Shown: positions 19,795 through 28,193 of the stretch, piece after piece
How positions within the stretch are numbered: position 1 is the first letter of the stretch
Layout of the letters: each line of letters begins with the position of its first letter
From: Sphingobacterium thalpophilum
GTDB taxonomy: Bacteria; Pseudomonadota; Gammaproteobacteria; Burkholderiales; Burkholderiaceae_C
DNA length: 34,722 nt
Direction: 5' to 3'
Assembly (NCBI GenBank): GCA_943369045.1
Contig: CALRME020000001.1
Span: forward strand, 1-34,722
Position numbers and translations under genes: made by a program
The notes under the pieces: generated by a model
Database searches by the model: none
What the model was told of the DNA's origin: nothing
Seen by the model: the letters and a program-made list of their open reading frames with translations, nothing else

Positions 19795-20481
19795 ATGGAA
19801 CTACTGCAGAGCCCCGATTTCTGGCTCGGTCTGATCAAGATCATCTGGATCAACATCATCCTGTCGGGTGACAACGCCGTGGTGATCGCGCTTGCCGCGC
19901 GTTCGCTGCCGCCGCAGCAGCAGAAGCAGGCCGTGCTCTGGGGCTCAGGCGCGGCCGTGGTCATGCGGATCGCACTGACCGTGGTAGCGGTGCAGTTGCT
20001 GGCCTTGCCCTACCTTCAGATCGTTGGCGGCCTGTTGCTGCTGTGGATCGGCGTGCAATTGCTCGGCGACGAAGACGAGGAAGAAGGCGAATCGAAGGAA
20101 TACGGTTCGATGGCCGCTGCCGTGCGCACCATCCTGATCGCCGACCTGGTGATGAGCCTGGACAACGTGATTGCGGTAGCCGCCGCTGCCAAGGGCAGCA
20201 TGGTCCTGCTGGTCCTGGGCCTGGCCATCAGCATCCCGCTGGTGATCTTCGGCAGCACGCTGATGATCAAGCTGATGGAGCGCTTCCCCATCATCATCAC
20301 GCTGGGTGCGGCGCTGATCGGCTGGGTGGGCGGCGAGACCATCGTCAGCGACGTCATCTTCAAGGGCGCCGTGGCGGCCAACCCGTGGCTGCATTACGCA
20401 GGAGCCGTTGCCGGGGCAATCGTGGTGGTCGGGATCGGCAAAGCCCTGCAGGCACGGGCGCATTCAGCGAAGTCTGCCTGA
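19795..20481 (+). CDS. TerC family (YjbE-like) membrane protein
   Basis: LSGDNAVVIALA and ADLVMSLDNVIAVA motifs; multiple TM helices. Confidence 0.94.
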   Translation: MELLQSPDFWLGLIKIIWINIILSGDNAVVIALAARSLPPQQQKQAVLWGSGAAVVMRIALTVVAVQLLALPYLQIVGGLLLLWIGVQLLGDEDEEEGESKEYGSMAAAVRTILIADLVMSLDNVIAVAAAAKGSMVLLVLGLAISIPLVIFGSTLMIKLMERFPIIITLGAALIGWVGGETIVSDVIFKGAVAANPWLHYAGAVAGAIVVVGIGKALQARAHSAKSA

Positions 20482-20498
20482 CCCATCGCGCTCAATTT

Positions 20499-20530
20499 AA
20501 GGCCCGCCACAGAGCGGGCCTTGCCGTTTT
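20499..20530 (+). terminator. Probable terminator hairpin after terC
   Basis: AAGGCCCGC-CACAGA-GCGGGCCTT followed by GCCGTTTT (imperfect U tract). Confidence 0.6.
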
Positions 20531-20711
20531 GCGCTGCTACATATTTGCAACAGAACGTAGTACTGCCGTGACAAAGTCCCTTGTCCGGGGCTGGCCCGTC
20601 TGTTAACGTCCACACTCGGGACTGCTGTACCTGAGGGCTTTTGCTTTTCAGGTGTGGAATGCTGCGAAAAAACACCTTATTGGGTCAGCGATCTGGACAA
20701 GGGGCGGGGAA

Positions 20712-23582
20712 TTGAGCAAATCTTCATCGGCCAAGCGCGGCAAATTCTGGCGAACCGACTGGTTCGTCGGGGTGCTGATCGTGCTTGCGGTCGTCATCCT
20801 GCACCAGTCCACGGACCTCATCGGTACGCTCGAGCGTCGCTTCTACGATTACGCCAGCACCAGCAGCGGGCGCCAGCCGTCTGACCGCATTGCGGTCATT
20901 GCCATTGATGACCAGAGCATTGCCAATATTGGCCGCTGGCCCTGGCCGCGCGACGTGCACGCCCAGCTGATTGACCAGCTTGCCGCAGCCAAAGCCAAGA
21001 CGATCGTTCATACCGCGTTTTTCTTTGAGCCGCAGACCGACCGTGGCCTGGTGTTCATCCGCAAGATGAAGGAAGCGCTGGGGCCCGCTGCGGATGCGGG
21101 CCAGGGCGGCGTGGGCGAGCAGCTGGGCAAGGTGATCGCCGAGGCCGAGCAGGCGCTCGACACCGACGCCAAGCTTGCTGCCAGCATGGCCAAGGCCGGC
21201 AACGTGGTCATCCCTTCTGTCTTTGTGCTGGGCGAACCGCAGGGCAAGCCTGACAAGCCGTTGCCGTCCTATGCCCTCAAGAGTGCCATCGATGAGGACA
21301 AGGGTTTTTCGGTCCCGGCCATCCGGGGCCAGCAGCCGATCGAGAACATTGGCACGGCGGCCGCAGGAATTGGGCACCTGAACCAGCTCAATGATGTCGA
21401 TGGCGCGGTTCGCGAAGAGCCAATGCTGGTCAATTACTACGGCAAGGCCGTGCCGTCGATGGCGCTGCTGGCGGCCTACAAGAGCCTGAACCTGGGGCCA
21501 TCGGACGTCAAGCTCAACACCGGCGAGTCGGTGCAGATCGGAAAGCTGCGGGTCAAGACCGACGAGATCGCGCGCATGCTGCCGCAGTTCTACAAGGGCC
21601 GCGACGGGAAGCCGCCATTCCAGATTGACTCTTTTTACGATGTGCTCAGCGGCAAGATCCCGGCGGGCAAATACGCTGACAAGATCGTTGTGATTGGTGC
21701 CACCGCTGCGGGCGTCGGCACGCAATTTCCCGCGCCCGGCTATGCCGCGATTTCGCCTGCGGAGATGATCGCCCACATCACCTCAAGTATCCTGGGTGAG
21801 CATTTCATCGTTCAGCCTGGCTGGGGCGTCTGGGCTGCGCTCGGCTTGTTCCTGCTGGTGGCGGCTTACCTGATCGCTGCCTTGCCACGCCTGTCGGCCG
21901 GCAAGGCGGGCATCGTGACCGCCCTGGCCTTTGTGCTGCTACTGGGAACCGAGTTCGGTTTGCTGGCAGGCGCTGCCCTCTGGCTCAAACTGGTTTTTCC
22001 TGCGACGCTGCTGGTGATTGGCCATCTGGCGCTTACTACCAAGCGCTTCCTGGTGACTGAAGCGGGCAAGCTCAAGTCTGATGAAGAATCCGCAGAAACC
22101 AACCGCATGATGGGTCTGGCCCTGCAGGGCCAGGGCCAGCTGGACATGTCCTTTGACCGATTCCGCCGTGTTCCGATGAGCGACGCGGTCATGGACAACT
22201 TGTATAACCTCGCACTCGATTTTGAGCGCAAGCGGCAATTCAACAAGGCTCAGGCCGTGTATGAGCACATGGCGGGCTACAACAAGGATTACAAGGACCT
22301 GCAAACCAAGCTCAATCGCGCCAAGAACCTGTCGGAAACGGTGATTCTGGGCGGTGGCGGGGCTCACCCCGGTGGAACGATGCTGCTCGACGGCGGAGCC
22401 GTCGAGAAACCCATGCTTGGGCGCTACCAGGTCGAAAAAGAACTGGGCAAGGGCGCGATGGGCGTGGTTTATCTCGGAAAGGACCCGAAGATCGGCCGCG
22501 TCGTGGCCATCAAGACCATGGCCCTTAGCCAGGAGTTTGAAGGCGAAGAACTCACGGACGCGCGCGAGCGCTTCTTCCGCGAGGCGGAAACAGCGGGCCG
22601 CCTTCAACACCAGAACATCGTCACGATCTTCGACGCCGGTGAAGAGCATGACCTGGCGTATATCGCCATGGAGTTCCTCAAGGGCAAGGACCTGGTTGAT
22701 TTCTGCAAGGATGGCCAGTTGTTGCCGATGCCCAAGGTGCTTTCGATCGTGGCCAGGGTGGCCGAAGCCCTGGCGTATGCCCACAAGCAGAGCGTGGTGC
22801 ACCGCGACATCAAGCCCGCGAACATCATGTACGAGTTCGAAAGCGATACCGTCAAGGTGACCGACTTCGGCATCGCCCGGATCACCGACTCAAGCAAGAC
22901 CAAGACGGGCCTGGTTCTGGGCACACCCAGCTTCATGTCCCCCGAGCAGATCGCCGGCAAGAAGGTTGATGGGCGCTCTGATCTCTATTCCCTGGGCGTC
23001 ATGCTGTTCCAGATGCTCACGGGCGTGCTGCCGTTCCGCGGGGACTCCATGGCGGAGCTGATGTACAAGATCGCCAACGAGGAAGCCCCGGACATCCGGA
23101 TTGTCCGCAAGGAGATTCCAGAACGGCTCGCTCAAGTCGTGGCACTGTCGATGGCCAAGAAATCCGAGGCCAGGTACCAGGATGGCGACCAGTTTGCTGC
23201 CGACCTTCGCGCGGCGCTTGGCGACAGTGCGGTGGCTGCGACCGTCGTCCAGGCGGCACCGATCGGGGCGTCCGGCGCAGGGTCCTCCGGAACGGCAGCT
23301 TCCGAAAAGACGGTGGTCATGGCCGCCACACCGGAAGGCGGCGGGGGGGGGGATTCCGAGAAAACGGTGGTGATGGCGGCCTCGGCGCCTGCAGCTGCGG
23401 CATCGTTTGAAGCGACCGTGGTTGGCGTCATCCCCCCTGCGGATACCCAGCCCAGCTATGATGCGACCCAGAAAATGGATGCCAGCGATACCGACGTCTT
23501 TGCGAAGACCGCTGTGATCAGGCGGCCGGACAATTCCGGCGCCGCCCCTTCCGGGGACGGGAAAACCGATCTGGAGGCCTAG
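20712..23582 (+). CDS. CHASE2-domain membrane Ser/Thr protein kinase (CHASE2 - 3 TM - TPR-like - Hanks kinase - disordered Thr-motif tail)
   Basis: IAIDDQS..IGRWPWPR and DVDGAVR (CHASE2); LGKGAMGVVY, VAIK, HRDIKPAN, DFGIAR, GTPSFMSPEQ. TTG start at 20712 is inferred (ORF open from 20652). Confidence 0.94.
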   Translation: MSKSSSAKRGKFWRTDWFVGVLIVLAVVILHQSTDLIGTLERRFYDYASTSSGRQPSDRIAVIAIDDQSIANIGRWPWPRDVHAQLIDQLAAAKAKTIVHTAFFFEPQTDRGLVFIRKMKEALGPAADAGQGGVGEQLGKVIAEAEQALDTDAKLAASMAKAGNVVIPSVFVLGEPQGKPDKPLPSYALKSAIDEDKGFSVPAIRGQQPIENIGTAAAGIGHLNQLNDVDGAVREEPMLVNYYGKAVPSMALLAAYKSLNLGPSDVKLNTGESVQIGKLRVKTDEIARMLPQFYKGRDGKPPFQIDSFYDVLSGKIPAGKYADKIVVIGATAAGVGTQFPAPGYAAISPAEMIAHITSSILGEHFIVQPGWGVWAALGLFLLVAAYLIAALPRLSAGKAGIVTALAFVLLLGTEFGLLAGAALWLKLVFPATLLVIGHLALTTKRFLVTEAGKLKSDEESAETNRMMGLALQGQGQLDMSFDRFRRVPMSDAVMDNLYNLALDFERKRQFNKAQAVYEHMAGYNKDYKDLQTKLNRAKNLSETVILGGGGAHPGGTMLLDGGAVEKPMLGRYQVEKELGKGAMGVVYLGKDPKIGRVVAIKTMALSQEFEGEELTDARERFFREAETAGRLQHQNIVTIFDAGEEHDLAYIAMEFLKGKDLVDFCKDGQLLPMPKVLSIVARVAEALAYAHKQSVVHRDIKPANIMYEFESDTVKVTDFGIARITDSSKTKTGLVLGTPSFMSPEQIAGKKVDGRSDLYSLGVMLFQMLTGVLPFRGDSMAELMYKIANEEAPDIRIVRKEIPERLAQVVALSMAKKSEARYQDGDQFAADLRAALGDSAVAATVVQAAPIGASGAGSSGTAASEKTVVMAATPEGGGGGDSEKTVVMAASAPAAAASFEATVVGVIPPADTQPSYDATQKMDASDTDVFAKTAVIRRPDNSGAAPSGDGKTDLEA

Positions 23583-23593
23583 TCCGCGCCAAT

Positions 23594-24379
23594 ATGAATT
23601 ACGAGTTTTGCATTCGCACTGATCCCGGTCTCGCCCGCGAGAACAACGAGGATTCAGTCACGATCGACGAGCCCACGAGGCTCGGAATACTGGCCGATGG
23701 CATGGGTGGCTACAACGCCGGCGAAATCGCCAGCGGGATGGCAACGACATTCATCAAGTCAGAGCTTGGCCGCTGGTTGTCCCAGGCCGGGCGCCATGCG
23801 AACGCGCGCGAAGTGCGGCGAGCCATGGAAATTTGTGTCGACAACGCAAACAGGTCGATCTTCAATGCCGCAAACTCCAATCCCCAGTACAGCGGCATGG
23901 GGACCACGTTGGTCATCGGCGTTTTCCAGGATTCACGCCTCATGCTTGGGCATATCGGGGATTCGCGTTGCTACCGCCTGAGAGGCACCGAGTTCGCCCA
24001 GATATCAAAAGATCATTCGCTGCTCCAGGAGCAGATGGATGCGGGCCTGATTACGCCGGAGCAGGCGGCTACTTCCACCAACAAGAACCTCGTAACCCGC
24101 GCACTGGGCGTGGAAGATGCGGTGCTTCTTGAGGTCAACGAGCATCGCGTAGAGCCGGGCGATATTTTCCTGATGTGTTCTGATGGACTGTCTGACATGG
24201 TCGATGACGCGAACATCGCGAAGATTCTTGAAAACGAGATCCCGCTTGAGCAGAAGTCTGTCCAGTTGATCGAGGCCGCGAACGCCAACGGAGGCCGCGA
24301 CAATATCTCGGTACTTCTGGCGCAGGCGGCGAGCGGCTCGAACAAGCGTGGGCTGATTTCCAGATTGCTGGGAAAATGA
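23594..24379 (+). CDS. PP2C-family Ser/Thr phosphatase (Stp1/IreP-like)
   Basis: RENNED, LADGMGG, GMGTT, HIGDSR, TRALG, CSDGL, GGRDNIS. Confidence 0.96.
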   Translation: MNYEFCIRTDPGLARENNEDSVTIDEPTRLGILADGMGGYNAGEIASGMATTFIKSELGRWLSQAGRHANAREVRRAMEICVDNANRSIFNAANSNPQYSGMGTTLVIGVFQDSRLMLGHIGDSRCYRLRGTEFAQISKDHSLLQEQMDAGLITPEQAATSTNKNLVTRALGVEDAVLLEVNEHRVEPGDIFLMCSDGLSDMVDDANIAKILENEIPLEQKSVQLIEAANANGGRDNISVLLAQAASGSNKRGLISRLLGK

Positions 24380-24425
24380 CCTTTCGTACCATTTTGCAAA
24401 ACAAGTTCAGAAACAGGAGCCGACC

Positions 24426-25094
24426 ATGCCGAAAATGATCGTTTCGATCGACGGTGTTGTCATCAAGGAAGTGCAGTTGACCAAGGATCGCACGACGCTC
24501 GGTCGGCGGCCTTACAACGACATCGTGATCGATAACCTTGCGGTGAGTGGCGAGCACTCGGTGCTGCAGATGATGGGCAATGAGGTTTATCTGGAAGACC
24601 TCAACAGCACCAATGGCACTTACGTGAACGGCAAGGCCGTCAAGAAGCAGCTTTTGCAGAACAACGACACGATCGAGATCGGCAAGTACAAGATCAAGTA
24701 CATCAACGAGGCGGCCAGCGCGGGTTTCGAAAAGACGATGGTCATCAAGGCAGGGGCAGCGGGAATCGTTGCGCCACCGCCGGCCGCGGAACCTGCAAGC
24801 CAGGGTGCACCTGTGGTGGAGTCCGCAGCTGGCCCGAACGCCGCCATCAAGGTGCTGTCTGGCGCAGCTGCCGGGCGTGAGGTTCCCCTGCTCAAGGTAG
24901 TGACCACCATTGGCAAGCCAGGCGTGGCGGTTGCAGCCATTACCAAGAGGCAGCACGGCTTCGTGGTCGCCCACGTGGAAGGGGCCAACAAGCCCACGCT
25001 CAACGGCGCGCCGATAGGCGCGGAGCCGGTCACTTTGAAGAATGGCGACCTGCTGGAACTGGCCGGGACGCAGATGCAGTTCGTGCAGGCGTGA
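24426..25094 (+). CDS. Double FHA-domain protein (one canonical, one degenerate)
   Basis: FHA1: LGRRPYNDIVIDNLAVSGEH...DLNSTNGTYVNG. FHA2: TTIGKPG...PTLNG...LKNGDLLEL, lacking GR and SxxH. Confidence 0.92.
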   Translation: MPKMIVSIDGVVIKEVQLTKDRTTLGRRPYNDIVIDNLAVSGEHSVLQMMGNEVYLEDLNSTNGTYVNGKAVKKQLLQNNDTIEIGKYKIKYINEAASAGFEKTMVIKAGAAGIVAPPPAAEPASQGAPVVESAAGPNAAIKVLSGAAAGREVPLLKVVTTIGKPGVAVAAITKRQHGFVVAHVEGANKPTLNGAPIGAEPVTLKNGDLLELAGTQMQFVQA

Positions 25095-25142
25095 CCGCGC
25101 CGGCCTCGCTGCGCGCCTAGGCATTATTGAGTGCGGGGGCCT

Positions 25143-27392
25143 ATGGGAATGCTTTCAAAACATTGGTCCCGCATCGCGGTCACGCTGGTTCCGCTGGTTT
25201 TTGCACTGTTGCATGCCACCGGGTTCCTGCCCATTGGCGTGCTCCAGCGACTGGACGACATCATCTACGATGCCCGCCTGCGGGCAACCATGCCCAAGAC
25301 GATGGACGATCGCATCGTCATCGTCGATATCGACGAAAAAAGCCTTGCGGAAGTCGGGCGCTGGCCGTGGGGGCGTAACAAGCTCGGGGAGCTGGTTGAC
25401 GATCTGTTTGCACGGCAGAAGATCGCGATGCTGGGCTTTGACGTCGTTTTTGCGGAGAGCGATGAAAGTTCAGGCCTGAAAAGGCTGCGGCAGCTTGCGC
25501 AGACGGAAATGAAGGACCAACCGGGCTTTACCGACCGGCTCAACCAGTTGCAGGGCGCGCTCGATTACGACGCCGTATTTGCAAAATCGCTGGAAAAAAA
25601 GCCCGTCGTCCTGGGCTACTACTTCACCAGTGACCGTGATGGCCGCACGTCGGGAGCCCTGCCACCTTCCGTCATGTCCAAGGAGAGCTTGCGGGGCCGC
25701 CCCATTGCGTTCACAAGCTGGAATGGCTACGGCTCCAATATCGAGCAGATTGCGAAAGCGGCGCCTGTTGCCGGCTTCTTCAATTCCATCACCGAAACTG
25801 ACGGGGTTGTGCGGTCAATTCCATTGATTGCCGAATACAAGGGGCAGTACTACGAGTCCCTTTCGATGGCCATGTTCCGCATGCTGATCGGCCAGCCGTC
25901 CGTGGAGCCAGGCTTCCCCCAGGAGAACTTTCTGGGGCGCAACTATCAATACCTGGAAAGCGTGCTGCTCAAGCAAGGGGCGAAAACACTGGCGGTTCCC
26001 GTAGACAAGCGGGTCGCCACGCTTGTTCCCTTTCGCGGGCCTGGGGGCGTCGCGGGTGGTTCCTTCAAATACATCTCGGCCGCGGACCTGCTTTCAAAGC
26101 GGTTGCCTCCCGAAACCCTCAAGGACAAGATTGTGCTGTTGGGCACGACCGCACCCGGGCTTCTGGACTTGCGGGTTACGCCCGTGGGCGAGACCTATCC
26201 CGGCGTAGAAACCCACGCGAACGTCATTTCCGGCCTGCTGGATGGCAAGGTCTTCGTCAAGCCGGACTACGCCATGGGTTACGAGGTGGTGGTGCTGGTG
26301 TTCGCGGGCCTTGCGCTCGCATTCGCCCTGCCGCTTTTCTCCGCAACGCGAGCCGTTGCCGCCAGCGTCATCGTGATCGCGGCGCTGGTGGCGCTCAACT
26401 TCAGCCTCTATCTGGGGTCTGGCGTGGTCCTGCCGCTTGCTTCCGCACTTGTGATGGCGCTGACCGCCTTCGCCCTGAACATGAGCTACGGCTATTTTGT
26501 GGAGAGCCGGTCCAAGCGTGAACTCGCCAACCTTTTCGGTACCTACGTGCCGCCGGAGCTGGTTGACGAAATGGTCAAGGACCCCGACAGCTACAGCATG
26601 AAGGCCACCAGCAAGGAGCTGACTGTGATGTTCTGCGACATGCGGGGCTTCACCAAGATGTCCGAGCAAATGGAGCCTACGAAACTGCAGGAGCTGCTCA
26701 ACGGCGTTTTCAGCCGCCTGACCGATCTGATCCGGGCAAACCGGGGAACGATCGACAAGTACATGGGGGACTGTGTCATGGCCTTCTGGGGTGCTCCGGT
26801 CGACACGCCGAATCACGCGCATCTGGCCGTCAAGACGGCAATGGAGATGGCCAATGCGGTCCGCAAAATCAACGAAGACCACCGGGCCAAGGGAATACCC
26901 GAGATAGGTATCGGGATTGGATTGAACACGGGAACCATGTGTGTGGGCGACATGGGCTCGGACATCCGGCGCAGCTATACAGTGATCGGCGACTCGGTAA
27001 ACCTGGGTTCAAGGCTTGAGGGCCTGTCCAAGACCTACGGCGTGGATATCGTGGTCAGCGAGTCGACCCGAAAGCTGGCGCCTGATTTCGCGTGGCAGGA
27101 ACTTGACAAGGTCCGGGTCAAGGGCAAGGAGCAGGCCGTCGCGATTTTCTGGCCGTTGGCGCCTGTCGATCGCCTCGACAAAGAGCATGCGGGTGAGCTC
27201 AAGACCTGGGCCGCTTTCCTCAAGGCGTACAGGGCCCAGGATTGGGACCAATGCGATCTCAATCTCCTGAACCTGACCCGGATGAATGCAAAAAAATACC
27301 TTTACGAACTGTATTCCGAGCGTGTAGCCTCAATGAGGCTGTTGCCGTTTGATCCCGAATGGGATGGCGCAACCAACTTTGAAACCAAGTAA
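25143..27392 (+). CDS. CHASE2-domain class III adenylate cyclase
   Basis: IVDIDEKS..VGRWPW (CHASE2), 3 TM, MFCDMRGFT, IDKYMGD, YTVIGDSVNLGSRLE. Lys/Thr specificity residues point to ATP as substrate. Start at 25143 or 25149. Confidence 0.94.
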   Translation: MGMLSKHWSRIAVTLVPLVFALLHATGFLPIGVLQRLDDIIYDARLRATMPKTMDDRIVIVDIDEKSLAEVGRWPWGRNKLGELVDDLFARQKIAMLGFDVVFAESDESSGLKRLRQLAQTEMKDQPGFTDRLNQLQGALDYDAVFAKSLEKKPVVLGYYFTSDRDGRTSGALPPSVMSKESLRGRPIAFTSWNGYGSNIEQIAKAAPVAGFFNSITETDGVVRSIPLIAEYKGQYYESLSMAMFRMLIGQPSVEPGFPQENFLGRNYQYLESVLLKQGAKTLAVPVDKRVATLVPFRGPGGVAGGSFKYISAADLLSKRLPPETLKDKIVLLGTTAPGLLDLRVTPVGETYPGVETHANVISGLLDGKVFVKPDYAMGYEVVVLVFAGLALAFALPLFSATRAVAASVIVIAALVALNFSLYLGSGVVLPLASALVMALTAFALNMSYGYFVESRSKRELANLFGTYVPPELVDEMVKDPDSYSMKATSKELTVMFCDMRGFTKMSEQMEPTKLQELLNGVFSRLTDLIRANRGTIDKYMGDCVMAFWGAPVDTPNHAHLAVKTAMEMANAVRKINEDHRAKGIPEIGIGIGLNTGTMCVGDMGSDIRRSYTVIGDSVNLGSRLEGLSKTYGVDIVVSESTRKLAPDFAWQELDKVRVKGKEQAVAIFWPLAPVDRLDKEHAGELKTWAAFLKAYRAQDWDQCDLNLLNLTRMNAKKYLYELYSERVASMRLLPFDPEWDGATNFETK

Positions 27393-27401
27393 GGAATGGC
27401 G

Positions 27402-28193
27402 ATGAAGGTCCGCGTGTTGGGCTGCTCCGGTGCGATCGCGAAGGACTGTCGTACGACGTCCTTCCTGATCGACGGGGACGTGCTCGTCGACGCCGGCACC
27501 GGCGTCGGGGACCTGACGCTTGACGAGATGAAGGGCATCAACCATGTGTTGCTTACCCACTCCCATCTTGACCATGTGGCCGCATTGCCCCTGATGGTTG
27601 ACGCCATCGCGTCCCAGCGCACGTCACCCGTAAAGATCCATGCCTTGCCGGGCACGATAGAGGCGCTCAAGGCCCATGTCTTCAACAATGTCATCTGGCC
27701 GGACTTCAGCCGGATTCCGACGCCCCAGGCCCCGTTCATTACGTTCCATGAAGTTCAGGTCGGACAGACGCTGGACATCACGGGCAAGCGCATCGAAGTC
27801 CTGCCCGCTGTTCATACGGTGCCTGCGGTGGGGTACGCCGTGACATCCGGCCGCGGTTGCTGGGTTTTCACGGGCGATACCGAACGAAATCCGGCGTTCT
27901 GGCGCCGAATCAACCAGATGAACGTTGCGGCGCTCGTCATTGAGACGGCTTTCAGCAACCGCGAGAAAGATCTGGCGAGGCGCAGCCTCCACCTGTCGCC
28001 GCACGCACTTGCCGAAGAACTCGACTGCATCGACAAGGGGAAAAGCTTTCCCATCTACATCACGCACACGAAGCCTGCGGAAACCGACCTCATCATGGCC
28101 GAGATCCAGAAGTTCGACCAGACCCAGCCCTTCGGACCCAATGTCACCCACGACATCCGCTGGCTTCGCGCGGGCCAGGAGTTCGATCTATGA
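27402..28193 (+). CDS. Class II 3',5'-cyclic-nucleotide phosphodiesterase (metallo-beta-lactamase fold)
   Basis: VLGCSG, LVDAGTG, THSHLDH, HVFNNVIWPDF, HTVPAVGY, FTGDT, HLSP, ITHTKP. AAGGA RBS favours ATG 27402 over 27396. Confidence 0.9.
   Translation: MKVRVLGCSGAIAKDCRTTSFLIDGDVLVDAGTGVGDLTLDEMKGINHVLLTHSHLDHVAALPLMVDAIASQRTSPVKIHALPGTIEALKAHVFNNVIWPDFSRIPTPQAPFITFHEVQVGQTLDITGKRIEVLPAVHTVPAVGYAVTSGRGCWVFTGDTERNPAFWRRINQMNVAALVIETAFSNREKDLARRSLHLSPHALAEELDCIDKGKSFPIYITHTKPAETDLIMAEIQKFDQTQPFGPNVTHDIRWLRAGQEFDL

Noticed and set aside
20712-25094. Kinase/PP2C/FHA as a T6SS regulatory module (PpkA/PppA/Fha)
   Set aside because: No T6SS structural genes in the window; the sensor is CHASE2 and the context is cyclase, PDE and pilin.
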